From the NCBI GenBank assembly GCA_035712285.1, contig DASTBA010000044.1, positions 1,954 to 65,953 on the forward strand: 64,000 bases of DNA, written 5' to 3'. Source of the stretch: Gemmatimonadales bacterium (GTDB taxonomy: Bacteria; Gemmatimonadota; Gemmatimonadetes; Gemmatimonadales; GWC2-71-9). Of this stretch, positions 1-9,404 are shown in pieces; the first letter of the stretch is position 1, and every line of letters begins with the position of its first letter. The notes beneath the pieces were generated by a model that did not search any database, was not told the origin of the DNA, and saw nothing but the letters and a program-made list of their open reading frames with translations. The position numbers were made by a program, and so were the translations under genes.

Positions 1-99
1 CAGCGCTGCGGCTTTCCCGTCCCGTCCCGGCTTTCCGGCTGCAAGAATCCCTGTCCCAACTGCGGCACCATCTACCCGCTGGGTGACTGCTCCGATTGA
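1..99 (+). CDS. 3' end of an upstream CDS (partial), Cys-rich C-terminus
   Basis: The frame is open from the window edge and reads QRCGFPVPSRLSGCKNPCPNCGTIYPLGDCSD, then TGA at 97-99. The stop overlaps the TTG start of the next gene (TTGA). The family cannot be recognised from 32 aa. Confidence 0.35.
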   Translation, partial: QRCGFPVPSRLSGCKNPCPNCGTIYPLGDCSD

Positions 100-1232
100 C
101 GGCGCCACTCGCCGTTCTCGACGTCAGTGAGTATTACGCGCCTGACAGCGGGGGCGTCCGGACCTACCTGCACGAGAAGGGCCGGTACGCTGCGGCCCAT
201 CCCCCGGTGCGGCAGGTCGTGGTTGTACCGGGCCCGCGATACGAAGCCGGCCTGCTCAACGGGATGCCGATGTACCAGGTGCCGGCGCCCCGGATTCCAT
301 TCCAGTCGAGTTATCGCCTGCTCCTGCGCGGCGACCTGCTGGCGCGGATCGTGGCTGCCGAGCGCCCGTCGATCATCGAGGCAGGCAGCGCCTATGGCGT
401 GCCCTGGCACGCGGTGCGCGCGGCGCGCCGCGCGGGGATTCCGGTGGTCTGGTTCTATCATGCCCATCTGCCGCAGATCCTGGCGCCCTTCCCGTGGCTG
501 CGCGCGGCCGCCAGCCGGTACGTCCGTGCGATCGCCGGGCGGATGGATCGCGTGCTGGTGGCGAGCGAATCGGTGCGCCGCGATCTCGCGGCGCTCGGTG
601 TCGAGAACACCGCCCTCACTCCGCTCGGCGTCGACACGGCGACCTTCCATCCCGGGCGGCGCGAACGGCGCAGCGAGACGCTCGGGACGCTGGAGCTGCC
701 CGACGGGCCCCTGGTGCTGTACACCGGGCGCTTCACCCGCGAGAAGGAACTGGCGAGCGCCGTCCGCTCCTGGGTTCGGGTGAGGACACCGGGCGCAACA
801 CTGGTGCTTGCCGGCACCGGACCACGGGAATCCGAGCTCCGTGACCTCGCCGGTCCAGGCATCCGCTTCCTCCCATTCCAGCAGGATCGTGCGGTCATGG
901 CCGATCTGTGCGCCGCGGCGGATCTTTATCTCGCACCCGGCCCGGCCGAGACCTTCGGGCTGTCGGCGCACGAGGCGATGGCCTGCGGCACGCCGGTGCT
1001 GAGCGTGGACCGCGGTGCGGTGGCCGACACGGTGCGCGCCGCCGGCATCGGCGGCTGCTGGGTTCACGGCGATGGCGCCATGATGGCGGCTGAAGCCGAC
1101 CATCTGCTGGGCGTCGCAGCGTCAGAGCGGAATGCCGCCCGGCGCTACATCGAGAGCCATCATCGCTGGGACATCGCCTTCGACCGCATCTTCTCGGTGT
1201 ACACTGACGTCATCGCCGGAACTCCCGCATGA
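96..1232 (+). CDS. Glycosyltransferase, GT-B fold (family 4/1-like)
   Basis: 378-aa ORF. The N-terminus (LDVSEYYAPDSGGVRTYL) and the C-terminal half (LVLAGTGP...ETFGLSAHEAMACGTPVL) are typical of retaining GT4 enzymes. High GC3. Confidence 0.8.
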   Translation: MTAPLAVLDVSEYYAPDSGGVRTYLHEKGRYAAAHPPVRQVVVVPGPRYEAGLLNGMPMYQVPAPRIPFQSSYRLLLRGDLLARIVAAERPSIIEAGSAYGVPWHAVRAARRAGIPVVWFYHAHLPQILAPFPWLRAAASRYVRAIAGRMDRVLVASESVRRDLAALGVENTALTPLGVDTATFHPGRRERRSETLGTLELPDGPLVLYTGRFTREKELASAVRSWVRVRTPGATLVLAGTGPRESELRDLAGPGIRFLPFQQDRAVMADLCAAADLYLAPGPAETFGLSAHEAMACGTPVLSVDRGAVADTVRAAGIGGCWVHGDGAMMAAEADHLLGVAASERNAARRYIESHHRWDIAFDRIFSVYTDVIAGTPA

Positions 1233-2104
1233 CCCTGACGCCCATCGAAGCCCACGCCGCCTGTGTTCTCCTGGTCCTGGTGGACCTGGCGGCGCGCGCG
1301 TGGCGCATCGAATGGCTGCTGCGCGGCACCGGGACCCGCATCACCTTCGCCCAGGCCATCGGGATCAATGCGGTGGGAGATGCGGCCTGCGCCCTCTCGC
1401 CGATGCGGATCGCCGGCGAGCCGGCCCGCCTCTGGGGCATGCTGCGGGCCGGCGTTCCCGCCGCCGCCGCGTTCGTGGCCATCAGCGTGGAGATCCTTGC
1501 GGCCTGGCCGGTGATCGTTGCGGCGGCCGTCGTGCTCACGGTGCTGTTCGCCCCGGAGTGGATGGCGATGGCGCTCCCGCGGATCCGCCACGCCGCCGCG
1601 GCCGGCTGGCCGTGGATCGCCCTGGTGCTCGTGATCACCGCGGCGTCATGGCTCGTCGCGCGCCGGTGGACCACGGCTGCCGCCCATCGCCTGCGCCGTC
1701 CGGTGCAGCGGGTCCGCGTGTACTGGCGCCGCATGCCGCACTGGCCCGTGCTCGCGAGCATCCCGATGACGGCGCTCAACATCGTGTCCCGGAGCGGGAT
1801 CCTGGTGGCGCTGGCCCTCGCCGAGCCTTCCGGGATGTCGCCGGGCGCGCTGTTCTTCGGCTCGTTTGTCCTGCTCTACGCCCAGCTCATCCTGCCGACG
1901 CCGTCCGGTGCCGGGGTCGTGGACCTGGGCTTTCTGGGCGGCGCGGCCGGCGACCTTGGCGCCGGCGCCCTCATCTGGTGGCGGGTCTACAGCAACGGCG
2001 TCGGGATTCTCCTCGGCGGCGTGGTCCTGCTCCGGAACGCTCTCGGCGGGCCGGGCGGCAGGCGTGTTAGATTTCCGGCCGGAATTCGGCAAGGATCCAG
2101 TTGA
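1229..2104 (+). CDS. Flippase-like / lysyl-PG-synthase-TM-like (UPF0104) integral membrane protein
   Basis: 291-aa polytopic hydrophobic protein with an ATGA overlap with the upstream glycosyltransferase. The GT plus UPF0104 pairing is a common arrangement. Confidence 0.6.
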   Translation: MTLTPIEAHAACVLLVLVDLAARAWRIEWLLRGTGTRITFAQAIGINAVGDAACALSPMRIAGEPARLWGMLRAGVPAAAAFVAISVEILAAWPVIVAAAVVLTVLFAPEWMAMALPRIRHAAAAGWPWIALVLVITAASWLVARRWTTAAAHRLRRPVQRVRVYWRRMPHWPVLASIPMTALNIVSRSGILVALALAEPSGMSPGALFFGSFVLLYAQLILPTPSGAGVVDLGFLGGAAGDLGAGALIWWRVYSNGVGILLGGVVLLRNALGGPGGRRVRFPAGIRQGSS

Positions 2105-2107
2105 GCG

Positions 2108-3532
2108 ATGAGCAACACGACCCGGCTTGAAAAAGACCCCCTCGGCGAGCTCCCGGTGCCGGCCGACGCACTGTACGGCATCCAGACGCTGCGGGCCCAG
2201 CAGAACTTCCCGATCTCGGGGCTCCGTCCGCTGCCCGCCTTCGTGGACGCGGTGATCTGGATCAAGCGCTCCGCCGCCCTGGCCCACAAGCGTACCGGCC
2301 GCCTGGATCCGCGCCTTGCCGACGCCATTGTCACCGCCGCGGATGAGGTTCTGGCCGGCCGGCATCGCGACCAGTTCATCGTGGATGTCTACCAGGCAGG
2401 GGCCGGCACCTCGCACAACATGAATTGCAACGAGGTGCTGGCAAACCGGGCCAACCAGCTGCTGGGCGGGGCGCTCGGCACGTACACGCCGATTCACCCG
2501 AACGATCACGTCAACATGGCGCAGAGCACCAACGACGTGATCCCGACCGCCATGCGCCTGGCCACCCTGGCGACCCTGCCGGCGCTGCTCGGGGCGATGG
2601 ACCGGCTGGCGGAATCGCTGCTGCAGAGGGGGCAGGAGTTCGACGGCATCATCAAGAGCGGCCGCACCCATCTGCAGGACGCGACGCCGATCCGCCTGGG
2701 CCAGGAGTTCACCGCCTACGGGCGCACGGTGGCGCGCCACCGGCAGAAGATCGCCGATGCCGCCGAATGGCTGCGCGAGATGAACATCGGCGGGTCGGCG
2801 GTGGGGACGGGGCTCAACGTGGAGCCGGAGTATCCGGAGATCATGGTGGAGCTGCTCGCCGAGGTGAGCGGGCTCGACCTGCACGAGGCGACCGACCGCA
2901 TCCAGCTGATGCAGTCCATGGGCGACATCGCGACCTTCAGCGGCGTGGTCCGCGCGTGGGTGCTGGATCTCAACAAGATCGCCAACGACATTCGCCTGCT
3001 GGCATCGGGACCGCGGACCGGGCTCGCGGAAATCCTCCTGCCGGCGGTGCAGCCGGGCTCCAGCATCATGCCCGGCAAGGTCAACCCCTCCATCGCCGAG
3101 ATGGTCAACCAGGTCTGCTACCAGGCGCTGGGGCTCGATACCACGGTCGCGATGGCGGCGGAAGCGGGCCAGCTCGAGCTCAACGTGATGATGCCGGTGA
3201 TCACCCACAACGTGGTGTTCATGCTGATCATCCTCGGCAACGCCACCCGGGTGCTGGCGGAGCGCTGCGTGGATGGCCTCGAGGCCGATGCGGCGCAGTG
3301 CGCGCACTGGCTGGAACGCTCGCCGGCGCTGGTCACGGCGCTCGCGCCGAAGATCGGCTACGCGGAAGCGGCCAAACTGGCCAAGGAAGCGGTGGCCTCG
3401 GGACTCACGGTGCGCGAGCTGGTCATGAAGAAGGGCATCCTCGATCCGAAGGAGATGGACGCGGTGCTGGATCTTCGTGCCATGACCGAAATCGGGGTGC
3501 CGGGCAGAAGCGGCGTTCCCGCGGGCGGATGA
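2108..3532 (+). CDS. aspA: Aspartate ammonia-lyase (fumarase/aspartase superfamily)
   Basis: GSSIMPGKVNP signature followed by EMVNQVC. The N-terminus (LEKDPLGELPVPADALYGIQTLRAQQNFPISG) is closer to AspA than to FumC. Confidence 0.85.
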   Translation: MSNTTRLEKDPLGELPVPADALYGIQTLRAQQNFPISGLRPLPAFVDAVIWIKRSAALAHKRTGRLDPRLADAIVTAADEVLAGRHRDQFIVDVYQAGAGTSHNMNCNEVLANRANQLLGGALGTYTPIHPNDHVNMAQSTNDVIPTAMRLATLATLPALLGAMDRLAESLLQRGQEFDGIIKSGRTHLQDATPIRLGQEFTAYGRTVARHRQKIADAAEWLREMNIGGSAVGTGLNVEPEYPEIMVELLAEVSGLDLHEATDRIQLMQSMGDIATFSGVVRAWVLDLNKIANDIRLLASGPRTGLAEILLPAVQPGSSIMPGKVNPSIAEMVNQVCYQALGLDTTVAMAAEAGQLELNVMMPVITHNVVFMLIILGNATRVLAERCVDGLEADAAQCAHWLERSPALVTALAPKIGYAEAAKLAKEAVASGLTVRELVMKKGILDPKEMDAVLDLRAMTEIGVPGRSGVPAGG

Positions 3533-3575
3533 AATTCATGTCGGGCTCGGGCGTTCCCTGCCTGGAGGACAGACC

Positions 3576-4034
3576 ATGCGCGTGACCACCTGGACGGAAT
3601 ACAGCCTGATCATCGTGCTCCACCTGGCCCGCCGCGGCGAGGACGGTGCCGGAACGGTGGCGGCGCGCGAGCTGGCCGAGACCGAGCGCCTGCCGGGCGA
3701 CTACGTCGAGCAGATCCTGCTGCGGCTGCGCCGGGCGGGGCTCGTGGAGAGCGTGCGCGGGGCGCGGGGCGGATATCGCCTGGCCCGGCCCGCGCACGCG
3801 ATTTCCGTTCGCGATGTGATGACGGCATCGGAGCATCAGACCTTCGAGGTCAACTGCGCCACCCATCCGGTGGATGCAGACCGCTGCGGCAGCGGCACCT
3901 CGTGCAGCATCCGGCCGGTCTGGCAGGCGCTGCAGCGCCGGATTGACGATCTGCTCGAGAGCATTTCGGTGGCGGATCTCATGAAGCAGGAACCGGCGGT
4001 GCAGGAGCTCGTCACGCTGCAGCCGGCGTCGTGA
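3576..4034 (+). CDS. Rrf2 family transcriptional regulator
   Basis: The N-terminal winged-helix region (MRVTTWTEYSLIIVLHLAR...GYRLARP) and a C-terminal Cys cluster (C..C.....C) are typical of the IscR/Rrf2 family. Confidence 0.85.
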   Translation: MRVTTWTEYSLIIVLHLARRGEDGAGTVAARELAETERLPGDYVEQILLRLRRAGLVESVRGARGGYRLARPAHAISVRDVMTASEHQTFEVNCATHPVDADRCGSGTSCSIRPVWQALQRRIDDLLESISVADLMKQEPAVQELVTLQPAS

Positions 4035-4101
4035 CGAGAGGGGACCGCGAGACGAGCCCGGCCCCGCGGTCGGGCTTTTGTGTTCGAAAGGCAGGTGCAT
4101 C

Positions 4102-5250
4102 ATGACGGCCACGGAGCATGCACGGGAGCTGAGTCAGCGGGAACTGGTGCGGTACGCGCGGCAACTAACGCTGCCGGAGTTCGGGGCCGAGGGCCAGGCC
4201 CGGCTCCGCACGGGGCGGGTGCTGGTGATCGGCGCCGGTGGACTCGGCTCGCCGGCCCTGCTGTACCTGGCGGCCGCCGGCGTGGGCACCCTGGGCGTGG
4301 TGGACTTCGACGCGGTCGAGCGCTCCAACCTGCACCGCCAGGTGCTGCACGGGGAGAGCGGGCTGGGCCGCCGGAAGACGGAATCGGCGGCCGAACGGCT
4401 GCGCGACCTGAATCCCGACATCGCCATCACGACGCACGACGCACGACTCACCTCAGCCAACGCGCTGGACATCGTCTCATCCTACGACATCGTCGTGGAC
4501 GGGTCCGACAACTTCCCCACGCGCTACCTGGTGAATGACGCCTGCGTGCTGACCGGCCGCCCGCTGGTCTACGGCGCCATCTTCCGGTTCGAGGGGCAGG
4601 CGAGTGTCTTCGGCGTGCCGGACGGGCCCTGCTATCGGTGCCTTTACCCCGAGCCGCCACCACCGGGCCTGGTGCCGAGCTGTGCCGAGGCCGGCGTGCT
4701 GGGCGTGCTCCCGGGGGTTGTCGGAAGCATCCAGGCGGTGGAGGCGATCAAGCTGCTGGCGGGGATCGGCACGTCGCTCGCCGGCCGGCTGCTCCTGTTC
4801 GACGCCCTGCAGCTCCGGTTCCGGGAGCTCGCGCTGCAGAAGGATCCCGACTGTCCCGTGTGCGGCACCCATCCGACCGTGCGTCAACTCATTGATTACG
4901 AGGTGTTCTGCGGCATCGAGCCGGCGTCCGGCGAGGCGGAGATCGGTGCGCCCGAACTGGCGAACCAGCTGGCCGGCTCGGCGCCGCCGGTGGTGGTGGA
5001 CGTCCGGGAGCCGCACGAGATCGCGATCGCACGGATGCCGGATGCCGTGGAGATTCCTCTCGGGACACTGCCGGCGCGGCTGGGCGAGCTCGACCCGGCA
5101 CGGCCGATCGTGACGGTCTGTCACCGGGGCGCGCGGTCGATGAAGGCGCTGGAGCTGCTGAGGGCGGCGGGATTCGGGCGGGTGCGGAGTCTCAGGGGCG
5201 GGGTGGATGCCTGGGCCCGCGAGGTGGACCCGGGCATGTCCCGGTACTGA
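4102..5250 (+). CDS. moeB: MoeB/ThiF-type adenylyltransferase with C-terminal rhodanese domain (MoeZ-like)
   Basis: RYARQLTLPEFG...VLVIGAGGLGSP nucleotide loop, CxxC pairs, and a C-terminal rhodanese with CHRGARS. An alternative TTG start lies at 4078. Confidence 0.85.
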   Translation: MTATEHARELSQRELVRYARQLTLPEFGAEGQARLRTGRVLVIGAGGLGSPALLYLAAAGVGTLGVVDFDAVERSNLHRQVLHGESGLGRRKTESAAERLRDLNPDIAITTHDARLTSANALDIVSSYDIVVDGSDNFPTRYLVNDACVLTGRPLVYGAIFRFEGQASVFGVPDGPCYRCLYPEPPPPGLVPSCAEAGVLGVLPGVVGSIQAVEAIKLLAGIGTSLAGRLLLFDALQLRFRELALQKDPDCPVCGTHPTVRQLIDYEVFCGIEPASGEAEIGAPELANQLAGSAPPVVVDVREPHEIAIARMPDAVEIPLGTLPARLGELDPARPIVTVCHRGARSMKALELLRAAGFGRVRSLRGGVDAWAREVDPGMSRY

Positions 5251-5252
5251 AG

Positions 5253-5336
5253 TGCCGAAGGGGGGACTCGAACCCCCACGGGCTTGCGCCCACTGCGCCC
5301 TGAACGCAGCGCGTCTACCAATTCCACCACTTCGGC
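5253..5336 (-). tRNA. tRNA-Leu (anticodon CAG), class II with long variable arm
   Basis: The reverse complement reads GCCGAAGTGGTGGAATTGGTAGACGCGCTGCGTTCAGGGCGCAGTGGGCGCAAGCCCGTGGGGGTTCGAGTCCCCCCTTCGGCA. It has a 7-bp acceptor stem, a TTCAGGG anticodon loop and a GGTTCGAGTCC T-arm. CCA is not encoded. Confidence 0.92.
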
Positions 5337-5345
5337 AAGGCGCCA

Positions 5346-5375
5346 AAAGTACGAACGCGGCATCCCGCGAGTCAA
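5346..5375 (-). promoter_or_regulatory. Putative sigma70-type promoter of tRNA-Leu
   Basis: The minus strand reads TTGACT, an 18-nt spacer, then TACTTT, ending 9 nt before the tRNA 5' end. Confidence 0.45.
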
Positions 5376-5383
5376 GCTCGTCG

Positions 5384-5412
5384 TTGACCCGGCCCGGACC
5401 CGTTTCTATGCT
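5384..5412 (+). promoter_or_regulatory. Putative sigma70-type promoter of smpB
   Basis: TTGACC, a 17-nt spacer, then TATGCT. This is followed by the SD GAGGAGG (5415-5421) and the GTG start at 5433. Confidence 0.45.
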
Positions 5413-5432
5413 TCGAGGAGGATTCCGCTCGC

Positions 5433-5915
5433 GTGACTCGACCGACTGCTCCCGATGCCGATCAGAGGCACTCCGTCGCCCGCAATCCGAAGGCGACCCA
5501 CGACTACCATGTGCTGGACACGTGGGAGGCGGGGCTGGTGCTGACCGGGACCGAGGTGAAGTCGCTGCGCGCGGGCAAGGCGTCCATCAAGGAGGCCTGG
5601 GCGCGCCTCAAGAACGGCGAGGTCTTCCTGGAAGGGATGAACATCACCCCCTATGAGCAGGGCAACCGCTGGAACCACCAGCCGGTCCATTCCCGGAAGC
5701 TGCTGCTGCACCGCAAGGAGATCGAGCGGCTCATCGGCGCGGTGGAGCAGCAGGGGCTTGCGCTGGTGCCGCTCGAGGTCTATTTCCGCCGCGGGAAGGC
5801 CAAGGTGAAACTGGCGCTCGGCCGCGGCAAGAAGCTGCATGACAAGCGCGAGACGCTGAAGCGGCGGGAGGCGGACCGCGAGGCCCGCCGCGCCATCGCC
5901 GGGAGGTCCCGATGA
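5433..5915 (+). CDS. smpB: SsrA-binding protein SmpB
   Basis: [29 protein letters not shown]...[12 protein letters not shown] is a near-canonical SmpB sequence. Confidence 0.92.
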   Translation: [160 protein letters not shown]

Positions 5916-7147
5916 TCGGTGGAGTGCTGCTGGCCCTGGGCCTGGCCGCGACCGCGCCGGCGAGCATCACGCTCGCCACGCCATCGGGTGAACTGGTGCT
6001 GCCGGTCCGGAGTGACGACCGCGGCGCCCCGGTACTCTACGCGTCGCCGGTCGTGCTGGCGCTGCGCGGCACCATCAAGGTGTCGGGGGCCTGGGCCGAT
6101 GTGACGCTGTCCGGCCAGCCGCTCCGGCTCCTCATCGGCGCGCCGTTCTATGTCCGGAACAGCCACGTGCAGCCGATGGCCGGGCGTGTGGTGCTGCTCC
6201 GGGACACGCTCTACGTACCGCTCGCCTTCGTGGCCGAGGAGCTTCCACGCCTCTTTTCCGAACGGTTCCGGTGGGACGCCGCCAACGCGCGGCTCGTGGA
6301 GACCGGCTGGAAGCCGCAGCCGGACGCCGCCGGGGATGGCACGGTGGTCATGAACGCCGTGCCGGGGGCGCGATATACCGGGCCGCGCCTGGCCAACGGC
6401 CTCCGCCCCGGCCACCTGATCACCGTGGACGCCGGGCATGGTGGGGATGACCCGGGCAACCCGGGGCTGTTCTTCCCGGGCGGCTTGAAGGAAAAGGATG
6501 TCACGCTGCAGGTGGCCCTGCTGCTGCGCGACGAGCTCCGGAACGAGGGGATCCAGGTCCGGATGACCCGGACCACCGACGTCCGCCCCAACCTCTTCAA
6601 GCGGGCGCCCATGTGCGGCTCGGACTGCGACCTGTTCGTGAGTCTGCACGTGGATGCGCTGGACCCGAAACGGGCTCCCAACTACCGGAATGTCTCGGGC
6701 TTCTCGACCCTGATCATCGGCGAGGAGAACACGGAAGATGCCTCGCGCGTGGCCCGCATGGAGAACGAGGCGGTGCGCTACGAATCGGCCGCGGACCAGG
6801 CGGCTGCGGGAGGCCTGGCCTTCATGCTGCGCGACCTGCAGATGAACGAATACCTGCGGGAGTCGGCCCGCGCCGGGGCCCTGATCCAGGAGGAACTCGG
6901 CCAGGTGCACTCCGGCGTGAACCGCGGGGTCATCCAGTACAACAACCTGGCGGTGCTCAACACCGCCCGCCGTCCGGCGGTGCTGGTGGAGATGGGCTAC
7001 AGCACCAACCGGTCGGATGCCGCCCTCCTGACCTCGCCGGCGTCCCAGCGGCGGCTGGCGCATGCCATCGCCGAAGCACTGGTCCAGTACCTTCGCGAAT
7101 ACGAGCGACGTACCGGGGACACCGCACCGGGAGACAGCACACCGTGA
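5912..7147 (+). CDS. N-acetylmuramoyl-L-alanine amidase (Amidase_3 family)
   Basis: The catalytic domain motifs VDAGHGGDDPG, SLHVDA and VLVEMGY are present, with an N-terminal signal/anchor. ATGA overlap with smpB. Confidence 0.85.
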   Translation: MIGGVLLALGLAATAPASITLATPSGELVLPVRSDDRGAPVLYASPVVLALRGTIKVSGAWADVTLSGQPLRLLIGAPFYVRNSHVQPMAGRVVLLRDTLYVPLAFVAEELPRLFSERFRWDAANARLVETGWKPQPDAAGDGTVVMNAVPGARYTGPRLANGLRPGHLITVDAGHGGDDPGNPGLFFPGGLKEKDVTLQVALLLRDELRNEGIQVRMTRTTDVRPNLFKRAPMCGSDCDLFVSLHVDALDPKRAPNYRNVSGFSTLIIGEENTEDASRVARMENEAVRYESAADQAAAGGLAFMLRDLQMNEYLRESARAGALIQEELGQVHSGVNRGVIQYNNLAVLNTARRPAVLVEMGYSTNRSDAALLTSPASQRRLAHAIAEALVQYLREYERRTGDTAPGDSTP

Positions 7148-8541
7148 GACGGCTGGCCCTGGTCTCGCTGCTGCTCTGCGGCGGATGCGTGTACTACAAC
7201 GGGATGTACAACGCCCGGAAGTACACCCACGAGGCCGAGAAGGCCGAGCGCGAGGGACGCACGCTGGATGCGAGCACCGCCTGGGGCCAGGTGACGGTCA
7301 AGGCGGAGACCCTGCTCGCCCGGCACCCGGCGAGCCGGTACGCTCCCGCGGCCCGGGTGCTGATGGGACGCGCCTACGCCAGGCTCGGCGACTGCACCAG
7401 CGCCCGGACGGCGCTGGAGCCGGGGCTCGCGATGATCCGGGACTCGGTGCTGCTGCTGGAGGGGCAGCTCGCGCTGGCGCGCTGTTATGTCAAGCTGGAT
7501 GAGCCGGCCCGTGCCATCGGGATGTATCGCCAGGTGCTGGCGCACGCTCCCGACACCCTGCAGGCCGTGCTGCAACCGGAGCTGATCCGGGCCGTTCGCT
7601 TCTCGGGTGACTACGAGCGCGGCCTCGAGCTGGTGGATACCACCGCGCCCGGCCTGGCGGGAGAACGCATGGCACTCCTGGCCGGCGCCGGGCACTTTGC
7701 CGAAGCGCAGCGTCTGGCCGACTCGCTGGCGATCGCCGGCGACACGCTTGCCCCGTGGGATTCCACCGCGGCGGCCGCCGGGCGCCGGGATCCCCGATCG
7801 GCGTCGCGCATCGTGGACGCGATGCTCCGCATCAACGGCACACCGGCCGACCGCCGGGCGCGGTGGCTCCTCGCAGACGGCGAACGCCTCGCCCCGGTGG
7901 ATACCAGCGCGGCCATGGCCCGGTACCGGGCTGCGATCGAAACCCGCCCGCCCGAGGATGTCCGTTCGCGGGCGCGGCTGGCCATGCTGCGACTCGGCCT
8001 TTCGCACGCGGCCACACCCGGCCAGCTCGATTCCTTTGTCCCCGAGCTTCAGCAGGAAGCCGACGCATCGAGTCTCGCTTCGGACGCATCGGTCCTGCTG
8101 GCCGCGGTGCAGGAGATCCTGGAAGTCCGGGATTCGGTATCGGCTGCCACGCCACGCGGAGATCTTCGGACATTTCTGGCCGGCGAATCGGCCCGGGATG
8201 TTCTGCGCGCGCCGTTCCTGGCGCGTGCGGTCCTGGTTTCCGTGGCGGATCGCTGGCCGGCCTCGCCCTATGCCGCCAAGGCACTGCTCGCGGCCCACCT
8301 CCTGGCGCCGGAGGATACCGCACTCATGGTGCGGATCGATTCCGTATATGGGGCAAGCCCCTACGTCCTGGCTATGCAGGGCGACGACGTACCGGAACTC
8401 CGCGCGCTGGAGGATTCCCTCGGCGCCTTTGCCCGGTCCGAGGTCCGGCCCGCCACCCGCGGGCGCCGTCCGCCGGCCGCCGCACCGGGCACCTCACGCA
8501 AGGTGACCACTCCCGGTCAGCGCGCACCGGAGCTCCGGTGA
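7144..8541 (+). CDS. Lipoprotein, helical/TPR-like, unknown function
   Basis: The internal GTG start (GTGA overlap with the amidase stop) gives the lipobox VRRLALVSLLLCGGC. The remainder is Ala/Leu/Arg-rich helical repeats. The track ORF 6613..8541 is an upstream over-extension. Confidence 0.6.
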   Translation: MRRLALVSLLLCGGCVYYNGMYNARKYTHEAEKAEREGRTLDASTAWGQVTVKAETLLARHPASRYAPAARVLMGRAYARLGDCTSARTALEPGLAMIRDSVLLLEGQLALARCYVKLDEPARAIGMYRQVLAHAPDTLQAVLQPELIRAVRFSGDYERGLELVDTTAPGLAGERMALLAGAGHFAEAQRLADSLAIAGDTLAPWDSTAAAAGRRDPRSASRIVDAMLRINGTPADRRARWLLADGERLAPVDTSAAMARYRAAIETRPPEDVRSRARLAMLRLGLSHAATPGQLDSFVPELQQEADASSLASDASVLLAAVQEILEVRDSVSAATPRGDLRTFLAGESARDVLRAPFLARAVLVSVADRWPASPYAAKALLAAHLLAPEDTALMVRIDSVYGASPYVLAMQGDDVPELRALEDSLGAFARSEVRPATRGRRPPAAAPGTSRKVTTPGQRAPELR

Positions 8542-9404
8542 CGGTCCCGCTCGCGCGGGAACTCTTCGGCGTCACTTTCCAGAATCCCATTTTCCTCGCC
8601 GCGGGCACCGCCGCCTACGGGCTGGAGCTCGCGGGGACGATGGATCTCGAACGCCTCGGCGGCATCGTCTGCAAGGCGGTCTCGCTCGAACCGCGTGCCG
8701 GGAATCCTCCGCCCCGCGTGGCGGAGGCGGCCGGTGGCATGCTCAACTCGGTCGGCCTCGCAAATCCGGGGCTTCGCACCGTCGCTGCGCGGGAATTGCC
8801 GGCGGTGTGCGCCGCCCTTCGGCGTTGCCGTGTCCTCGTCAACGTGGTCGGCTTCGAGGTCGCGGAGTACGCTGCGGTGGTGCGCGGGCTCGAGCCGGTG
8901 GCGGGGCTCGCCGGATATGAACTCAACCTCTCCTGCCCCAACACCAGCGCCGGCGGCCTGGAATTCGGGGCAGATGCCGTTGCCGTTACCGCCGTCGTCC
9001 GCCAGGTGCGGGCCGAGACGCGGCGTGGCGTGAGCGTCAAGCTCTCGCCGGCGCTGCCGGACGTGGCGGCCATCGCCCAGGCGGCGGCTGATGCAGGGGC
9101 CGACGCCATCTCGGTCGTCAATACCCTGCCGGGCACCGCCTACGGCGATGACGCGATGACGCCCCGGCTGGGGCAGGGGTATGGTGGGATCAGCGGCCCG
9201 GCGCTGCTCCCGGCGGGGTTGCTGGCGGTGCAGCGCGTGCGGCAGCGCACGGGACTCCCGGTGATGGCCACCGGGGGCGTCCGAAGTGCCGGCGATGTTC
9301 GCCAGTATCTGTCGGCTGGCGCCACGCTCGTGGGAATCGGTACGGCGGCCATGGCCGATCCGCACCTGCCCGGGCGCATCGTCACGGCACTGGAGGCGGC
9401 GTGA
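8538..9404 (+). CDS. pyrD: Dihydroorotate dehydrogenase, class 1 (Cys active site)
   Basis: FQNPIFLAAGT, NSVGLANPG and LNLSCPNT motifs. GTGA overlap with the upstream gene. No pyrK is adjacent. Confidence 0.85.
   Translation: MTVPLARELFGVTFQNPIFLAAGTAAYGLELAGTMDLERLGGIVCKAVSLEPRAGNPPPRVAEAAGGMLNSVGLANPGLRTVAARELPAVCAALRRCRVLVNVVGFEVAEYAAVVRGLEPVAGLAGYELNLSCPNTSAGGLEFGADAVAVTAVVRQVRAETRRGVSVKLSPALPDVAAIAQAAADAGADAISVVNTLPGTAYGDDAMTPRLGQGYGGISGPALLPAGLLAVQRVRQRTGLPVMATGGVRSAGDVRQYLSAGATLVGIGTAAMADPHLPGRIVTALEAA

Noticed and set aside
5253-5336. tRNA-Leu as a possible integration site for a genomic island.
   Set aside because: The 3' end of the tRNA abuts moeB by 2 nt, and the 5' side is smpB. 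I saw no integrase, no direct repeat of the tRNA 3' end, and no compositional break.
6613-7143. Long N-terminal extensions in the ORF track that overlap the preceding gene: 6613, 7755, 12085, 25780, 27674, 34756, 42913, 45542, 45931, 48579, 50035, 55910, 57450, 60826 and 61062.
   Set aside because: The extended parts lie out of frame over a better-supported upstream gene and translate to Arg/Pro-rich junk. In each case an internal ATG or GTG gives a canonical family N-terminus, a signal peptide or a lipobox. That start often sits exactly at the upstream stop codon.
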